DNA from: Candidatus Harpocratesius repetitus
GTDB taxonomy: Archaea; Asgardarchaeota; Lokiarchaeia; Sigyniarchaeales; Promethearchaeaceae
Length of the DNA stretch: 32,000 bases
Direction of reading: 5' to 3'
Assembly (NCBI GenBank): GCA_021498095.1
Contig: JAIZWK010000001.1
Coordinates: 3,300,001 to 3,332,000 of the forward strand
Shown here: positions 18,070 to 29,037 of the stretch, in pieces
How positions within the stretch are numbered: the stretch's first letter is position 1
Layout of the letters: the number at the start of each line of letters is the position of its first letter
Notes under the pieces: generated by a model
Database searches by the model: none
Seen by the model: only the letters and a program-made list of their open reading frames with translations
What the model was told of the DNA's origin: nothing
Translations under genes and position numbers: made by a program

Positions 18070-18217
18070 ATTAAGTTATTTGACAATTATAAAAAAGAAA
18101 TGAGTAAATTTTCATTTCGAAGACCTTTAAGATTTTTCATTTTTCTTCTCATTTTTACTTCATTTTCCAGCCAAGATACAAACTCAATTAATGTCGGTAC
18201 TTTGAAAGTGTCTGATA

Positions 18218-19534
18218 TCAATTTTCCATAGCTGCACGAGGTGCAACATTAGGCCAAAAAATTTGCTTGGAAGCCTCAAAAGCGGTTGGTTTCATCACAA
18301 GATCAGGTCGTCCGCATTTATACGCAGTCAAAGCCTTTAACAATTGTAAAGAATAAATAAACGCACGATTTTTTATCGATGAGGACATCCCTCGCGTATT
18401 TAATCGTTTTCCATTATAATATGTGTTATTACTCGAATTTCCTTGTTCAATCATCGGACGAAACTTATAAATCTTAAGAAAATATTCATTAGACCATGAA
18501 TTTGGGATATAATCAGTATTGAAATAATAACCTTTTGTTAATTCCTTAACTGGTTGATTTTTAATATTTTTCCGATCTCTAATAATAAGCATCACCCCTC
18601 GATAGTGTAAATGTTTTAGAATTGACTCAGAATAAGGTCCTGAATCTGCAATTATAAGACTCCATTGATGATGATTAATTCTAAAAAAATCTTCAATTGA
18701 TTCTTTAAACGCTTGGTTATCGCTTCGATTACCTGGAAACATCTTGAAATATATCGGAAAACACCGATCTTTACAATATGCATACAATATTCCAGGATCA
18801 TAACCTACTCCCTTCTTGATTCCATTATGCCGACAATAACCCGCATCAGGATCTCCATATGTGTCTAATCCATCCTTTTTATTATTATTGCTATTTGCAC
18901 GGATGAATTGGCCATCCCAAAGTAAGATTCGAGGTATAATTAATCCATAATCAATACATTCTTCTACTAAATCTTGAAAAAATTGAAATACATCAGATTC
19001 AGGTAATTTCTTAATCACATAACTCATATCTGCAGCATTAGGAACACTGTGTGAGTGTACGGGAAGGCTGAAAATAGACAATTGCGGAGCAAACCGAAAC
19101 AATTTCTCAATGCCCCGATAATCTTTAAATCCCATATTAATTCGTAACATTTCATAAATTATAATATCTCTGACAAATAATCCTTTAAAAGAAACACCTT
19201 CTGATTCTAATCGATCTTGTACCTCATCAAAAAACGATAAATCGTTGAATTCAAAGAGATTTTCAAAAGAACCTTGAAAGTGGGGAAGGTAATGAAACAT
19301 ATCCCATTCGAGTTTAGTGATATGATTTTTCGCAAAATCTTGATAGCACGTTGTTTTTATAGAAGGAAACCGATAGAGATATTTTCCATTCAAATCGGGT
19401 ATCCATTTTATAAAATCGGTCATCTTTTTTTGCGATTTAGGAATAATTGATGCAGATCTTGCTTTTTCATAATTGCGAACATAAATCCAAGAAAACCGTT
19501 TCCGCGCAACTCTATAGTCTTTAGGTCTCGACAT
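18218..19534 (-). mobile_element. DDE transposase (IS4/IS5-like DDE_Tnp_1 clan); element ends not identified
   Basis: LLWDGQFIRAN (D), LIIADSGPYS (D), YKFRPMIEQGNS (Y-x2-R-x3-E; E). ORF track start 19624, likelier ATG 19534. Confidence 0.8.
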
Positions 19535-20244
19535 ATTATAAATTTCAACATGAATTAATCCAATATAATCTGTTATCTGCGTTTGAAGGATAGGAGGTCG
19601 GTTTTTGTAGTAGATCTTAATCAAAGTTAACCACGAATAATATTACTCTTAAATAATAATATAGAGTCCACAGTATTAAAAATTTTTATTCAATTTACGA
19701 TTTCATCAACAAAACAAGTACAATCCTATATAATAATTCGAAGTTGAAAGGCTATCTTCATGAAATTCGGCTAAAAACAGATTATCCTAAAGGAGATTGG
19801 GAAGTGCTGGAAAATGAATTTGGACAAGAAAAATGTAGAAATTGCAATCTAAGATTGAAATCAAAGCCAATTTTTCACAAAAGAAAGAAAAAATTTACAA
19901 ATTTTCAAGATGAAATTTACTCAAATACTATATTAACTTTTTTTCTGAAAAATTATTTTTAAAACAAATAATTGAATTGTTCAAATCTATTTATTTCTTT
20001 TAGTTATGGGAATAGTGAAGGAAAGTCTCTTCTATATTACATATTGATTTCACTATTCAAAAAAAAATGAATCAATCTCCTATCATTTGAATCGAGATTT
20101 TTAAATAAAATTCTCTTTATTAAAATAAGCAAAAGTATTTGTAAGAATGAATTCATTATCCGATATTATTTTTTCAAAAAAGCACAATAAAACTTACCTT
20201 CATGAGCATGAGAGAAATAGGATAAAAATTAGGGATTGTTAATA

Positions 20245-22296
20245 ATGAATCATGTAGAATTTAAGCAAGATATTCAAAAAATAGATGATCTCTCAAAAAA
20301 GAATAATGTACAAAATGAAAAAAATAAAGAAAAAAATGATTCTTGGCGAGAGGATTCTAAAAAACAATTAATCAGAAAATTGCTTGGACACTCTCTAGAA
20401 TTTTTATTACTATTTTTAATAGGCACTTCAGCGATTTTTTTCACGTTTCGATTATTAATTCATGATCCTTGGTTAACAATGACGGCGGATTTTTTCAATG
20501 AAGCAAGGCGAAAATACATCGAAGAACAAAAGGCACTATGTGGATGGAATGATCCTTTTTTAATTCAATATTTTACATATTTAAAGAATTTTCTTAGCGG
20601 AAAATGGGGGACATCTATATCAACTATTATAAATACAAGTAATACAGAAATCTTTTTTATTAAAATTCCGAAGACAATCCAATTGTTTTTTTTAGCATTC
20701 CTTTTTTCAATTATTCCTAGTATATTACTCGGAATTATTTCAGGTAATAAACATGGATCAAAAATAGATCGCATCATTCTTGCATTTACTGCTGTATTGT
20801 TTGTTCTTCCGACTGGAGTAATCGGAACACTATTCCAATTTATATTTTCAGGTAAGTTAAAATGGTTTCCGGCATCATGTTTTATAAGCCGACAGAATTT
20901 ATACTATAAAGCGGATATGACCGGTTATATCTTAATCGATAGTGTGATAAAGGGAGATTTTGGAGTATTTTGGGACGTGTTGAACCATCTATTTATGCCA
21001 TCTTTTGTAATTTCGTTTGGTATCACTGCAATTGGAATATTATTCATTCGCTGGTTAGTAATATCTCGAAAAAATCAATCTTTTTCCTTTCCTAGTCGAA
21101 ATTATATATTAATTGCATTTGTTTTCTTCTATTTTTCGCTAATTTTATTAATTAATGAATTTATATTCGAGTTAAATGGATTTTTAATGCTTATTATTCA
21201 GGTGATTAATAATTATGATTTTTATTTGATTATAAATTCACTAACACTTCTTTTTGTTTTTTTTCAATTATTTGTTTTTTTAAGCGATATTGGAAGAATA
21301 TTATTACAATACCATAAAATGAAAAAAGATGCAGACGCTCCGATACAAATTCAATATTATTCTTTTCTACCCAAAATCAAATCAGAGAAATCAAACAAAA
21401 CTGATGATAATTTGCCATCAATTAATAAAAAACCTCAATTAATTCCACAGAATACGAGAAAAAATCATCTCCTTTTTAAATATACAACACTTGTAAATAG
21501 TTTTGAATTTATTTTTGGGGGATTTCTCCTAATACTCACAATAATATTTGTAAATTTAGCTGAATCATTTTATACTCAAGATTTATTTACTAACATAGCG
21601 GAAGGTGTAATCCCTTGGAGTGCTCCTAGTTTTGAACACTTTTTGGGAACAGGTCATTTTGGACATGATGTTTTGGGATTCACACTATATGGTTATGTTT
21701 TCCCATTAACTAGAGTAATTCCAATTGCAATAATAGTTGGATTTGCAGGAATATGCATAGGATTCTTTTTAACAGCAAAATTTCCAAGATTTATTAGATT
21801 TTTTAACTTTATTGAAAAAATATTTATAATTATTCCTATTGTTTTTATCGTTTTTCTTATATGGTTGATTTTAGAAAGAATATCACGGCGAACAACTTTT
21901 CCTGAATTGGTGACTTACGCAATTTTTTCATTTATTTTAGGGTTTATAGCTGGTAAAGGAATTGGATATCAATCCAGAAAAAAAGATATAAAGATTAACA
22001 CTTTTTTTATACATCTTAAAAATTCAAGTCCAATATTATTAAGTTATCTCTTTATAATTGCTTCTTTAATGATTATGGTTGAATTTACAATAGAATTTAT
22101 GGGATATAAGACACCTTCAATAGTTTCTTGGGGAAGAGAAATATATTATGGAATAAAATATAAACATTTTTATGATGCACCATGGGCAGTATTCAGCCTA
22201 ATGATTGCTTATTACATCCTAATTCTTGCCTTGATCATGATTTGCTTAAGCTTTTTCAACCTATTACATAATAATAACCAAAAACTTAAATTTTGA
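20245..22296 (+). CDS. Fused DppB-DppC (Opp/Dpp-type) ABC permease, degenerate
   Basis: DppB half: GWNDP.LIQYF.YL.N.L.G.WG.SI, LKWFP, TG..LIDS, HL.MPS. DppC half: WSAPSFEHFLGT..FGHDV, SWG..I..G, APW. Confidence 0.8.
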   Translation: MNHVEFKQDIQKIDDLSKKNNVQNEKNKEKNDSWREDSKKQLIRKLLGHSLEFLLLFLIGTSAIFFTFRLLIHDPWLTMTADFFNEARRKYIEEQKALCGWNDPFLIQYFTYLKNFLSGKWGTSISTIINTSNTEIFFIKIPKTIQLFFLAFLFSIIPSILLGIISGNKHGSKIDRIILAFTAVLFVLPTGVIGTLFQFIFSGKLKWFPASCFISRQNLYYKADMTGYILIDSVIKGDFGVFWDVLNHLFMPSFVISFGITAIGILFIRWLVISRKNQSFSFPSRNYILIAFVFFYFSLILLINEFIFELNGFLMLIIQVINNYDFYLIINSLTLLFVFFQLFVFLSDIGRILLQYHKMKKDADAPIQIQYYSFLPKIKSEKSNKTDDNLPSINKKPQLIPQNTRKNHLLFKYTTLVNSFEFIFGGFLLILTIIFVNLAESFYTQDLFTNIAEGVIPWSAPSFEHFLGTGHFGHDVLGFTLYGYVFPLTRVIPIAIIVGFAGICIGFFLTAKFPRFIRFFNFIEKIFIIIPIVFIVFLIWLILERISRRTTFPELVTYAIFSFILGFIAGKGIGYQSRKKDIKINTFFIHLKNSSPILLSYLFIIASLMIMVEFTIEFMGYKTPSIVSWGREIYYGIKYKHFYDAPWAVFSLMIAYYILILALIMICLSFFNLLHNNNQKLKF

Positions 22297-22473
22297 ACAT
22301 TTTTTCTATTTTTTGAAAAGAATATCTTTCTTTATAGTTATTTTTGAGCAGATTAATTTTAGAATTCAATAAGATGAAAATTTAAGGAAATATAACAAGA
22401 TCAATAACAACTTAGGTTATAATTTCTTTATTTCTTTATTCATTTATTCCTTTATTCCTTTAATATATTCTCA

Positions 22474-22481
22474 AAGGAGGT
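22474..22481 (+). promoter_or_regulatory. Strong Shine-Dalgarno AAGGAGGT 7 nt before CTG(22489)
   Basis: Direct reading: tcAAAGGAGGTaattacaCTGattaat. Confidence 0.8.
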
Positions 22482-22488
22482 AATTACA

Positions 22489-24144
22489 CTGATTAATAAA
22501 GACTCGAAAATTAAAGGAGAATTAAGTCTTGAGGAACGGGAACGTGCTAAGCGTCAAAAACTACTAACCGGATGGAATCAACACATAGTAAAGCAAAGTA
22601 CAGTTTTTATTGCAGGAGTTGGTGCCTTAGGGTGTGAAATTGCTAAAGATTTAGCTTTAATTGGGATTGGGAAATTAATTTTATGTGACATGGACACAAT
22701 CGAAACAAGTAATCTATCCAGACAAATGCTTTTCTATAGAGGTGATGAAGGCAGATTCAAAGCAGAAGTAGCTGCTGAAAGATTAAAACGCATGAACCCA
22801 TTTTTAGAAGTCGAAGTATACACTATTCCTTTACAACAGATTCCGATGGAAAAATATATGGAATGCCAAGCAGTTGTAGCTGCCCTCGATAATGTGCAGG
22901 CACGAATGGATCTAAATAAATTCTGTTTGAAATTGGGAATTCCACTGATTGAAGGGGGAACAGTAGGATTTGAAGGACATGTTCAAGTAATTGTTCCAGA
23001 AGCCACACGAACCTTAGGAGGTAAACCTTTTCCTGTTGGTTCAAAATCAAGAGTTATCGACCGACTCGTGGAAGAAAGATTGTGGAATCTTGATGAAAAA
23101 AAATACACAGATTATTTTAAAGCGAAAGAAAAAATCGCAGAATTACAAGATCAAATTGACAAATTGGAAGAAAATTATATTATCCCCATTCGTGATCAAA
23201 TTAGACAAGAAATTTCTGAAAATTTTGATCAAATTGAAATGAAATATCTCCATCAAACACCATGTTACCGTTGTGTCGTTCCAGTTCCTCCTCCATTACG
23301 AAATCAAGTAGCAGCGTGTACACTGAAAGGAATTCCTAGAACGAGAGAACACTGTGCTATCAAAGGTGAAGTTGATTTTATCAAAAAATATGATCGTAAA
23401 CCTGATTATGATAATACAGTTGATATGCAAGAAACACTTAAGTTTGCACAAAAAGAACTGGAAAAATTGAGACAACGTGTTTTAATAGAATCTATTCCAC
23501 CCGAATTAAAAGACAAAATTTCTGAACAAGAAATACAACAGTTAAAACAAAATATATTACATACTTTTGGAGATGATTTTGCATTAGAAGACATGGAAAA
23601 TATATTAGGAAATAAAATTCCCGCAATTCAAAGTGTAAGTTCTATCATATCTTCTATCCAATCTCAAGAAATCTTAAAAATTTTATTTCTTATGCATGAT
23701 CAATCAATCGGAGCGGTAATGGACCCACCATACATTAATTATAACGGAGTTTATGGCTTGTTCGAGCAGGTGGAGGTTACCCGATTGGAAGACTGTGTTG
23801 CATGTGGTTCAAGACAAGGGCAAGAAAATATTACAGTAGTAATAGCAGAGAATTCCACAATTAATGATCTATTTAATGCTGTTCAAGATTACTTTCCAAA
23901 TGTTCAATTATCAGACTATATCATCACAAATCCACTCACCAAGCAGTTTATCTACAATCCTCTTTTTGAAAAAGGCAAAACAGGAGATAAATTGATAAAA
24001 GAAATGGGTATCCAAAATTATGGCGAGGTTGTTTTTACACAAATTGGAAATAAGAATAACAGCACTCATGATGCTCCAAATCAAGCAACGAAAAAAGAGA
24101 AAGGTATTATCAAACAGTACAATGTTACTGTGCAAATAATTTAA
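22489..24144 (+). CDS. Ubiquitin-activating enzyme E1-like (ThiF/UBA3/SAE2-type), 551 aa, CTG start
   Basis: An in-frame extension of 67 codons upstream of track start 22690 restores VFIAGVGALGCEIAKDL. Then DMDTIETSNLSRQ, LDN..AR, PCYRC, CTLKGIPRTREHC (catalytic Cys), CVACG and a ubiquitin-fold-like tail. Confidence 0.9.
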   Translation: MINKDSKIKGELSLEERERAKRQKLLTGWNQHIVKQSTVFIAGVGALGCEIAKDLALIGIGKLILCDMDTIETSNLSRQMLFYRGDEGRFKAEVAAERLKRMNPFLEVEVYTIPLQQIPMEKYMECQAVVAALDNVQARMDLNKFCLKLGIPLIEGGTVGFEGHVQVIVPEATRTLGGKPFPVGSKSRVIDRLVEERLWNLDEKKYTDYFKAKEKIAELQDQIDKLEENYIIPIRDQIRQEISENFDQIEMKYLHQTPCYRCVVPVPPPLRNQVAACTLKGIPRTREHCAIKGEVDFIKKYDRKPDYDNTVDMQETLKFAQKELEKLRQRVLIESIPPELKDKISEQEIQQLKQNILHTFGDDFALEDMENILGNKIPAIQSVSSIISSIQSQEILKILFLMHDQSIGAVMDPPYINYNGVYGLFEQVEVTRLEDCVACGSRQGQENITVVIAENSTINDLFNAVQDYFPNVQLSDYIITNPLTKQFIYNPLFEKGKTGDKLIKEMGIQNYGEVVFTQIGNKNNSTHDAPNQATKKEKGIIKQYNVTVQII

Positions 24145-24251
24145 GTATTTTAAATCTTTTTACTAATTTTCTGATATAAATACCATTTGAGGTAATACTA
24201 TTTAAAAACCATTAGTTTAAATGGTAAGATTCTAATTTTTAAACATTGTAG

Positions 24252-24354
24252 TTTTTATCGAAATCCTAGTCCCACATTCATCCCACTCGAATATCGTAGT
24301 TGCTCAAATGTCGAGATATTTCGATGGGAATTGAATAACGGGAATTGATAAAAC
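24252..24354 (+). promoter_or_regulatory. Long imperfect hairpin in the gdhA upstream region (candidate structured leader or ncRNA)
   Basis: Six nested complementary segments (30 bp) around a 19-nt loop; ends 45 nt before the ATG. Confidence 0.5.
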
Positions 24355-24384
24355 AAGATTTCGTAAAAATTACATAACAGTTAA

Positions 24385-25746
<1,362 letters not shown>

Positions 25747-25778
25747 TTTATTGAAGCATCTAAATGTTTTAATTTAGA

Positions 25779-25800
25779 TTTTTTCTTTTTTACTTCTTCT
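25779..25800 (+). terminator. T-rich tract, plausible archaeal intrinsic terminator of gdhA
   Basis: TTTTTTCTTTTTTACTTCTTCT about 30 nt after the stop; oligo-T terminators are typical in archaea, but such tracts are common in this AT-rich DNA. Confidence 0.35.
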
Positions 25801-26024
25801 AGTTCTTCTATTTATTCTGATACTTCTATTTATTCTGATTCTTCAATAATCATTTCCAAATATTATGTCGAAAACTGTCGAGGAATACAACACTCTGCCT
25901 ACAGTTTTGATTTTTTTCCCATTAATATTAAATAGCTGGAATTTTCTTAACTAATCAACGATGGTTTTACGTGAATACATTCTTCATGAAACCTCAGCGA
26001 TGATGGAATTTTCCTCGAAAAAAA

Positions 26025-26372
26025 ATGCGAATTTCTCATGACACTCTTTTCGGCTTAAAAAAAAAAAAGGAAAAAACAAAAAAGTGGATTTTAAAAAATT
26101 GTCCGTATTGTAAAAGGCAGAATTTAAAGGGAAAAAAAGGATTACAACAACATATTCAAGCAAAACACTCATATCTTAGTAGAAAAAAGAAGAAAATTAA
26201 GGAATTTAAATATAAAGAAGAATTATTGTTTCCTGAAATTGAAACATTAACAAATCAATGCCCAATCTGCCACACCGAATTTAATTCAGTGGACCAAACA
26301 TATAATCATTTTCGAGGGATTCATCATCAAAACACTGCTGTACTGGAAAATACCATTATAAAGCTTTCATAA
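26025..26372 (+). CDS. Small basic protein with two C2H2 zinc fingers; start uncertain
   Basis: CPYC-x12-HIQAKH and CPIC-x12-HFRGIH; Lys-rich segments; A12 run at 26057-26068 near the 5' end. Confidence 0.7.
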   Translation: MRISHDTLFGLKKKKEKTKKWILKNCPYCKRQNLKGKKGLQQHIQAKHSYLSRKKKKIKEFKYKEELLFPEIETLTNQCPICHTEFNSVDQTYNHFRGIHHQNTAVLENTIIKLS

Positions 26373-26548
26373 ATCATAAGTTATACTTCCAAGACAATAA
26401 TAAGCATTTTTCTACAGAATTCTAAATCCCTTTTGATTTATATCTTTGTGAATGCTTTGAAAATTTGTTCTACAAATGAGTATATTTATGGTATTTTTTG
26501 CAAAGATTTTTATTAGAGATTGGGTCTATTTTGATTTTAGTGATCACT

Positions 26549-27811
26549 ATGAGTGAAAACACAAATCAGAAAATTGAATATTTTGGTCTACTAGCTTTAG
26601 GTCTTACAACTGTTATTGGGTCTGGTATATGGGGAGATCCATTTTCTTGGGTAGATACTGCAGGTATTTTTGGAATTATTCCAGTAATTATTAGTTGGTT
26701 ACTGCTTTTTACAGCGGGTTTATCATATGCTGAAGTTGTTGGTATGTTTCCAAACAGTGGAGGTCCTTATTCTTATGTAAGTGGGGCAATTAATAAGAAA
26801 TGGGGTAGTTTTCTTGGATTTACATATTATCTGGGATATTTATTGATAAGCGTAATTTTAACATTTGTCTCAATTGCATCGTTCTTTGGATCAATAAATT
26901 TGAATAATCCTACACTTCTCGTAATTTTTACTGTTCTGCTTGTTATAATCCTATCTTTTGTCGTTGAACTATTTCCTTTGAAAACTATCGGCTGGATTGC
27001 TTTGATATGGGTAGCAATAAAAATTATTCTTCTGATGATTGTTTTTATTTTCTTTATGATTAAAGGTGATAGTTCAAATTTAATTTCAGCTAAACCTACA
27101 TTCGAAGAAATTAAGGTAGTTGGAAATGGTTCATTATGGGCCTTAATGGGATTTGAGGTTATTTTAGTACTAAGTGGAGATTTGTCACATAAAACTGATG
27201 ATGGAAATTCGAAGAAAAAATTACCAAGAGGTATTCTTATCATATTAGGTATAATACTAATCATTTATATTGGAGTAATTATAGGAGTCAATTTTATTGT
27301 TAAGCAAGGTGCGCTAACTGCTTCAGGACTTCAAGCCTTTGAGTATGCAGCCCTTCAATCTGGTATTTCGACATCATTACTTTATGCATGTAAAGCTTTT
27401 TCATCTTTAGGGACAACATTTGCTATATTCTTCATCTTGACATATACTTTAAAAGTACTCGCAAAAGGTGATAGTCTTCCAAAAGTGTTTTCAAAGACAA
27501 AAAAAGGAATGTACATCAATAATGCAATCCTTACAGCAGTTCTTTCTGGAATATTTGCTTTAATCATGACTATATTAATCCAAATTACAAATGGAATAAT
27601 CATTAATGTTTTTTCATATATCGGTTTAGGTTTTATTCTACTTTCCGCTATGATTCCTGCGGGAATTATTGCTTTATATTTACGAATAAAAATGCCTATA
27701 TTAGAACGCCCCTTTAAAACACCGATATACTATATTGTATTCCCACTTTCAATTGTTTTAGGGTTGTATCTATTCACATTAAATCTGTTAGCATTAATTG
27801 GTGCGCTTTAA
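26549..27811 (+). CDS. APC-family amino acid permease
   Basis: TVIGSGIW (TM1), YAEV..MFPNSGGPYSYV, WALMGFE (TM6), LR.K.P..ERPFKTP; about 12 TM. ATG 26549 preferred to 26498. Confidence 0.9.
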   Translation: MSENTNQKIEYFGLLALGLTTVIGSGIWGDPFSWVDTAGIFGIIPVIISWLLLFTAGLSYAEVVGMFPNSGGPYSYVSGAINKKWGSFLGFTYYLGYLLISVILTFVSIASFFGSINLNNPTLLVIFTVLLVIILSFVVELFPLKTIGWIALIWVAIKIILLMIVFIFFMIKGDSSNLISAKPTFEEIKVVGNGSLWALMGFEVILVLSGDLSHKTDDGNSKKKLPRGILIILGIILIIYIGVIIGVNFIVKQGALTASGLQAFEYAALQSGISTSLLYACKAFSSLGTTFAIFFILTYTLKVLAKGDSLPKVFSKTKKGMYINNAILTAVLSGIFALIMTILIQITNGIIINVFSYIGLGFILLSAMIPAGIIALYLRIKMPILERPFKTPIYYIVFPLSIVLGLYLFTLNLLALIGAL

Positions 27812-28431
27812 TTAGTTAAGCACCAAATTAATAAAGGATTTCTTTTTGATTTTTATTTTTTTTTGTAATTACTTTTGATAATTGAGGGTATTTTAAATTT
27901 CAAAGATTCGAATTTTTTCATTTCATCATCTTAATTCTCCCGACTCAAATCTAAAATATCCTTCCTTATTTTTTGTCGATTTTACCAAGGTGCCAAATTT
28001 AAGATATGTAATTCAAAAATTATAATAAAATCGACTTCAGATTGAAGAATTTATAAACAGGATGGTAAATTTTTAATAAATTTTTTGAAAAAATCGAGTT
28101 CGACAAAAAAAGAATTGCGATATTTCAGATATAAGTCGGATATATATGAATGATATTCAAAAAAGCGTTTAAATTAAAAAAGATAAAATATCCTCAATTA
28201 AAATTGGAAATTTTTCCTTAAAGCGTCACTTTATTTAGAAATTTGTTAGTAATATTTCTAATTATAAACTTCAAAAACTTTCCCGATATAATCTATATAT
28301 TCGATATTTATGAAAATAAATCCGCTTTAGCAATAATATACAAAATTGTATGAACGTTTTGATATTGTTGTTATTAAGAATTAATTGATGAAATAATTTT
28401 TTACCATAAGTCAATTCATGGGGTTATACAG

Positions 28432-29004
28432 ATGCAAACATATAAAATTGCGATCGTAGGAGATGGCGGCGTAGGAAAATCATCTTTATTAGATGCAAAG
28501 AAATCGAAAAATTTTCTTTCAAATCGAGCAATCACAGTCGGTGTCGATTTTGATTTCATCCCAATTGAGAAATCAACTCCAGAAAATGGAGAATCTCAGT
28601 TTTTAGTCATGGATCTTGGAGGACAAAAACGATTTCACTTTGTTCATGATATGTATATACAAGGAATCAAAGGAGCAATAATATTATTTGATGTTTCTCG
28701 ATTTCGAACGTTCCAAAATATAAAAAAATGGATTTCATTGATTATAAAGGAAAACTCACAAATTCCTATATTGTTAATTGGAAATAAATGTGATTTAATC
28801 ACTAATGATGAGATTAAACTATTTGAAAAGGATCTTAATTCATTAATCGATGAATATACAGAAACATGCAATTTATATGGTTTCATTTTCACTTCTGCAA
28901 AAGAAAAAGTAAATATTAACGAAACTTTTACAATATGCGAAGAAATGATTCTGTGGGAACAAAAAACTGAGGAACCTAAAGCTTTAGGGATTATTAAAAA
29001 TTAA
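28432..29004 (+). CDS. Rab-like small GTPase (paralogue A)
   Basis: GDGGVGKS, TVGVDF, DLGGQKRF, GNKCD, TSAK. Confidence 0.92.
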   Translation: MQTYKIAIVGDGGVGKSSLLDAKKSKNFLSNRAITVGVDFDFIPIEKSTPENGESQFLVMDLGGQKRFHFVHDMYIQGIKGAIILFDVSRFRTFQNIKKWISLIIKENSQIPILLIGNKCDLITNDEIKLFEKDLNSLIDEYTETCNLYGFIFTSAKEKVNINETFTICEEMILWEQKTEEPKALGIIKN

Positions 29005-29037
29005 TCATCAACATTCTTAAAAAATTTTTTTAAAAAA

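Noticed and set aside
19744-19962. 72-aa ORF with CRNC beside the transposase
   Set aside because: Possibly a gene remnant, but it has only one CxxC and a low-complexity tail, with no assignable family.
25805-25839. 17-bp direct repeat CTTCTATTTATTCTGAT x2 after gdhA
   Set aside because: Only two low-complexity copies with a 1-nt spacer in a pyrimidine-rich terminator region; not CRISPR-like.
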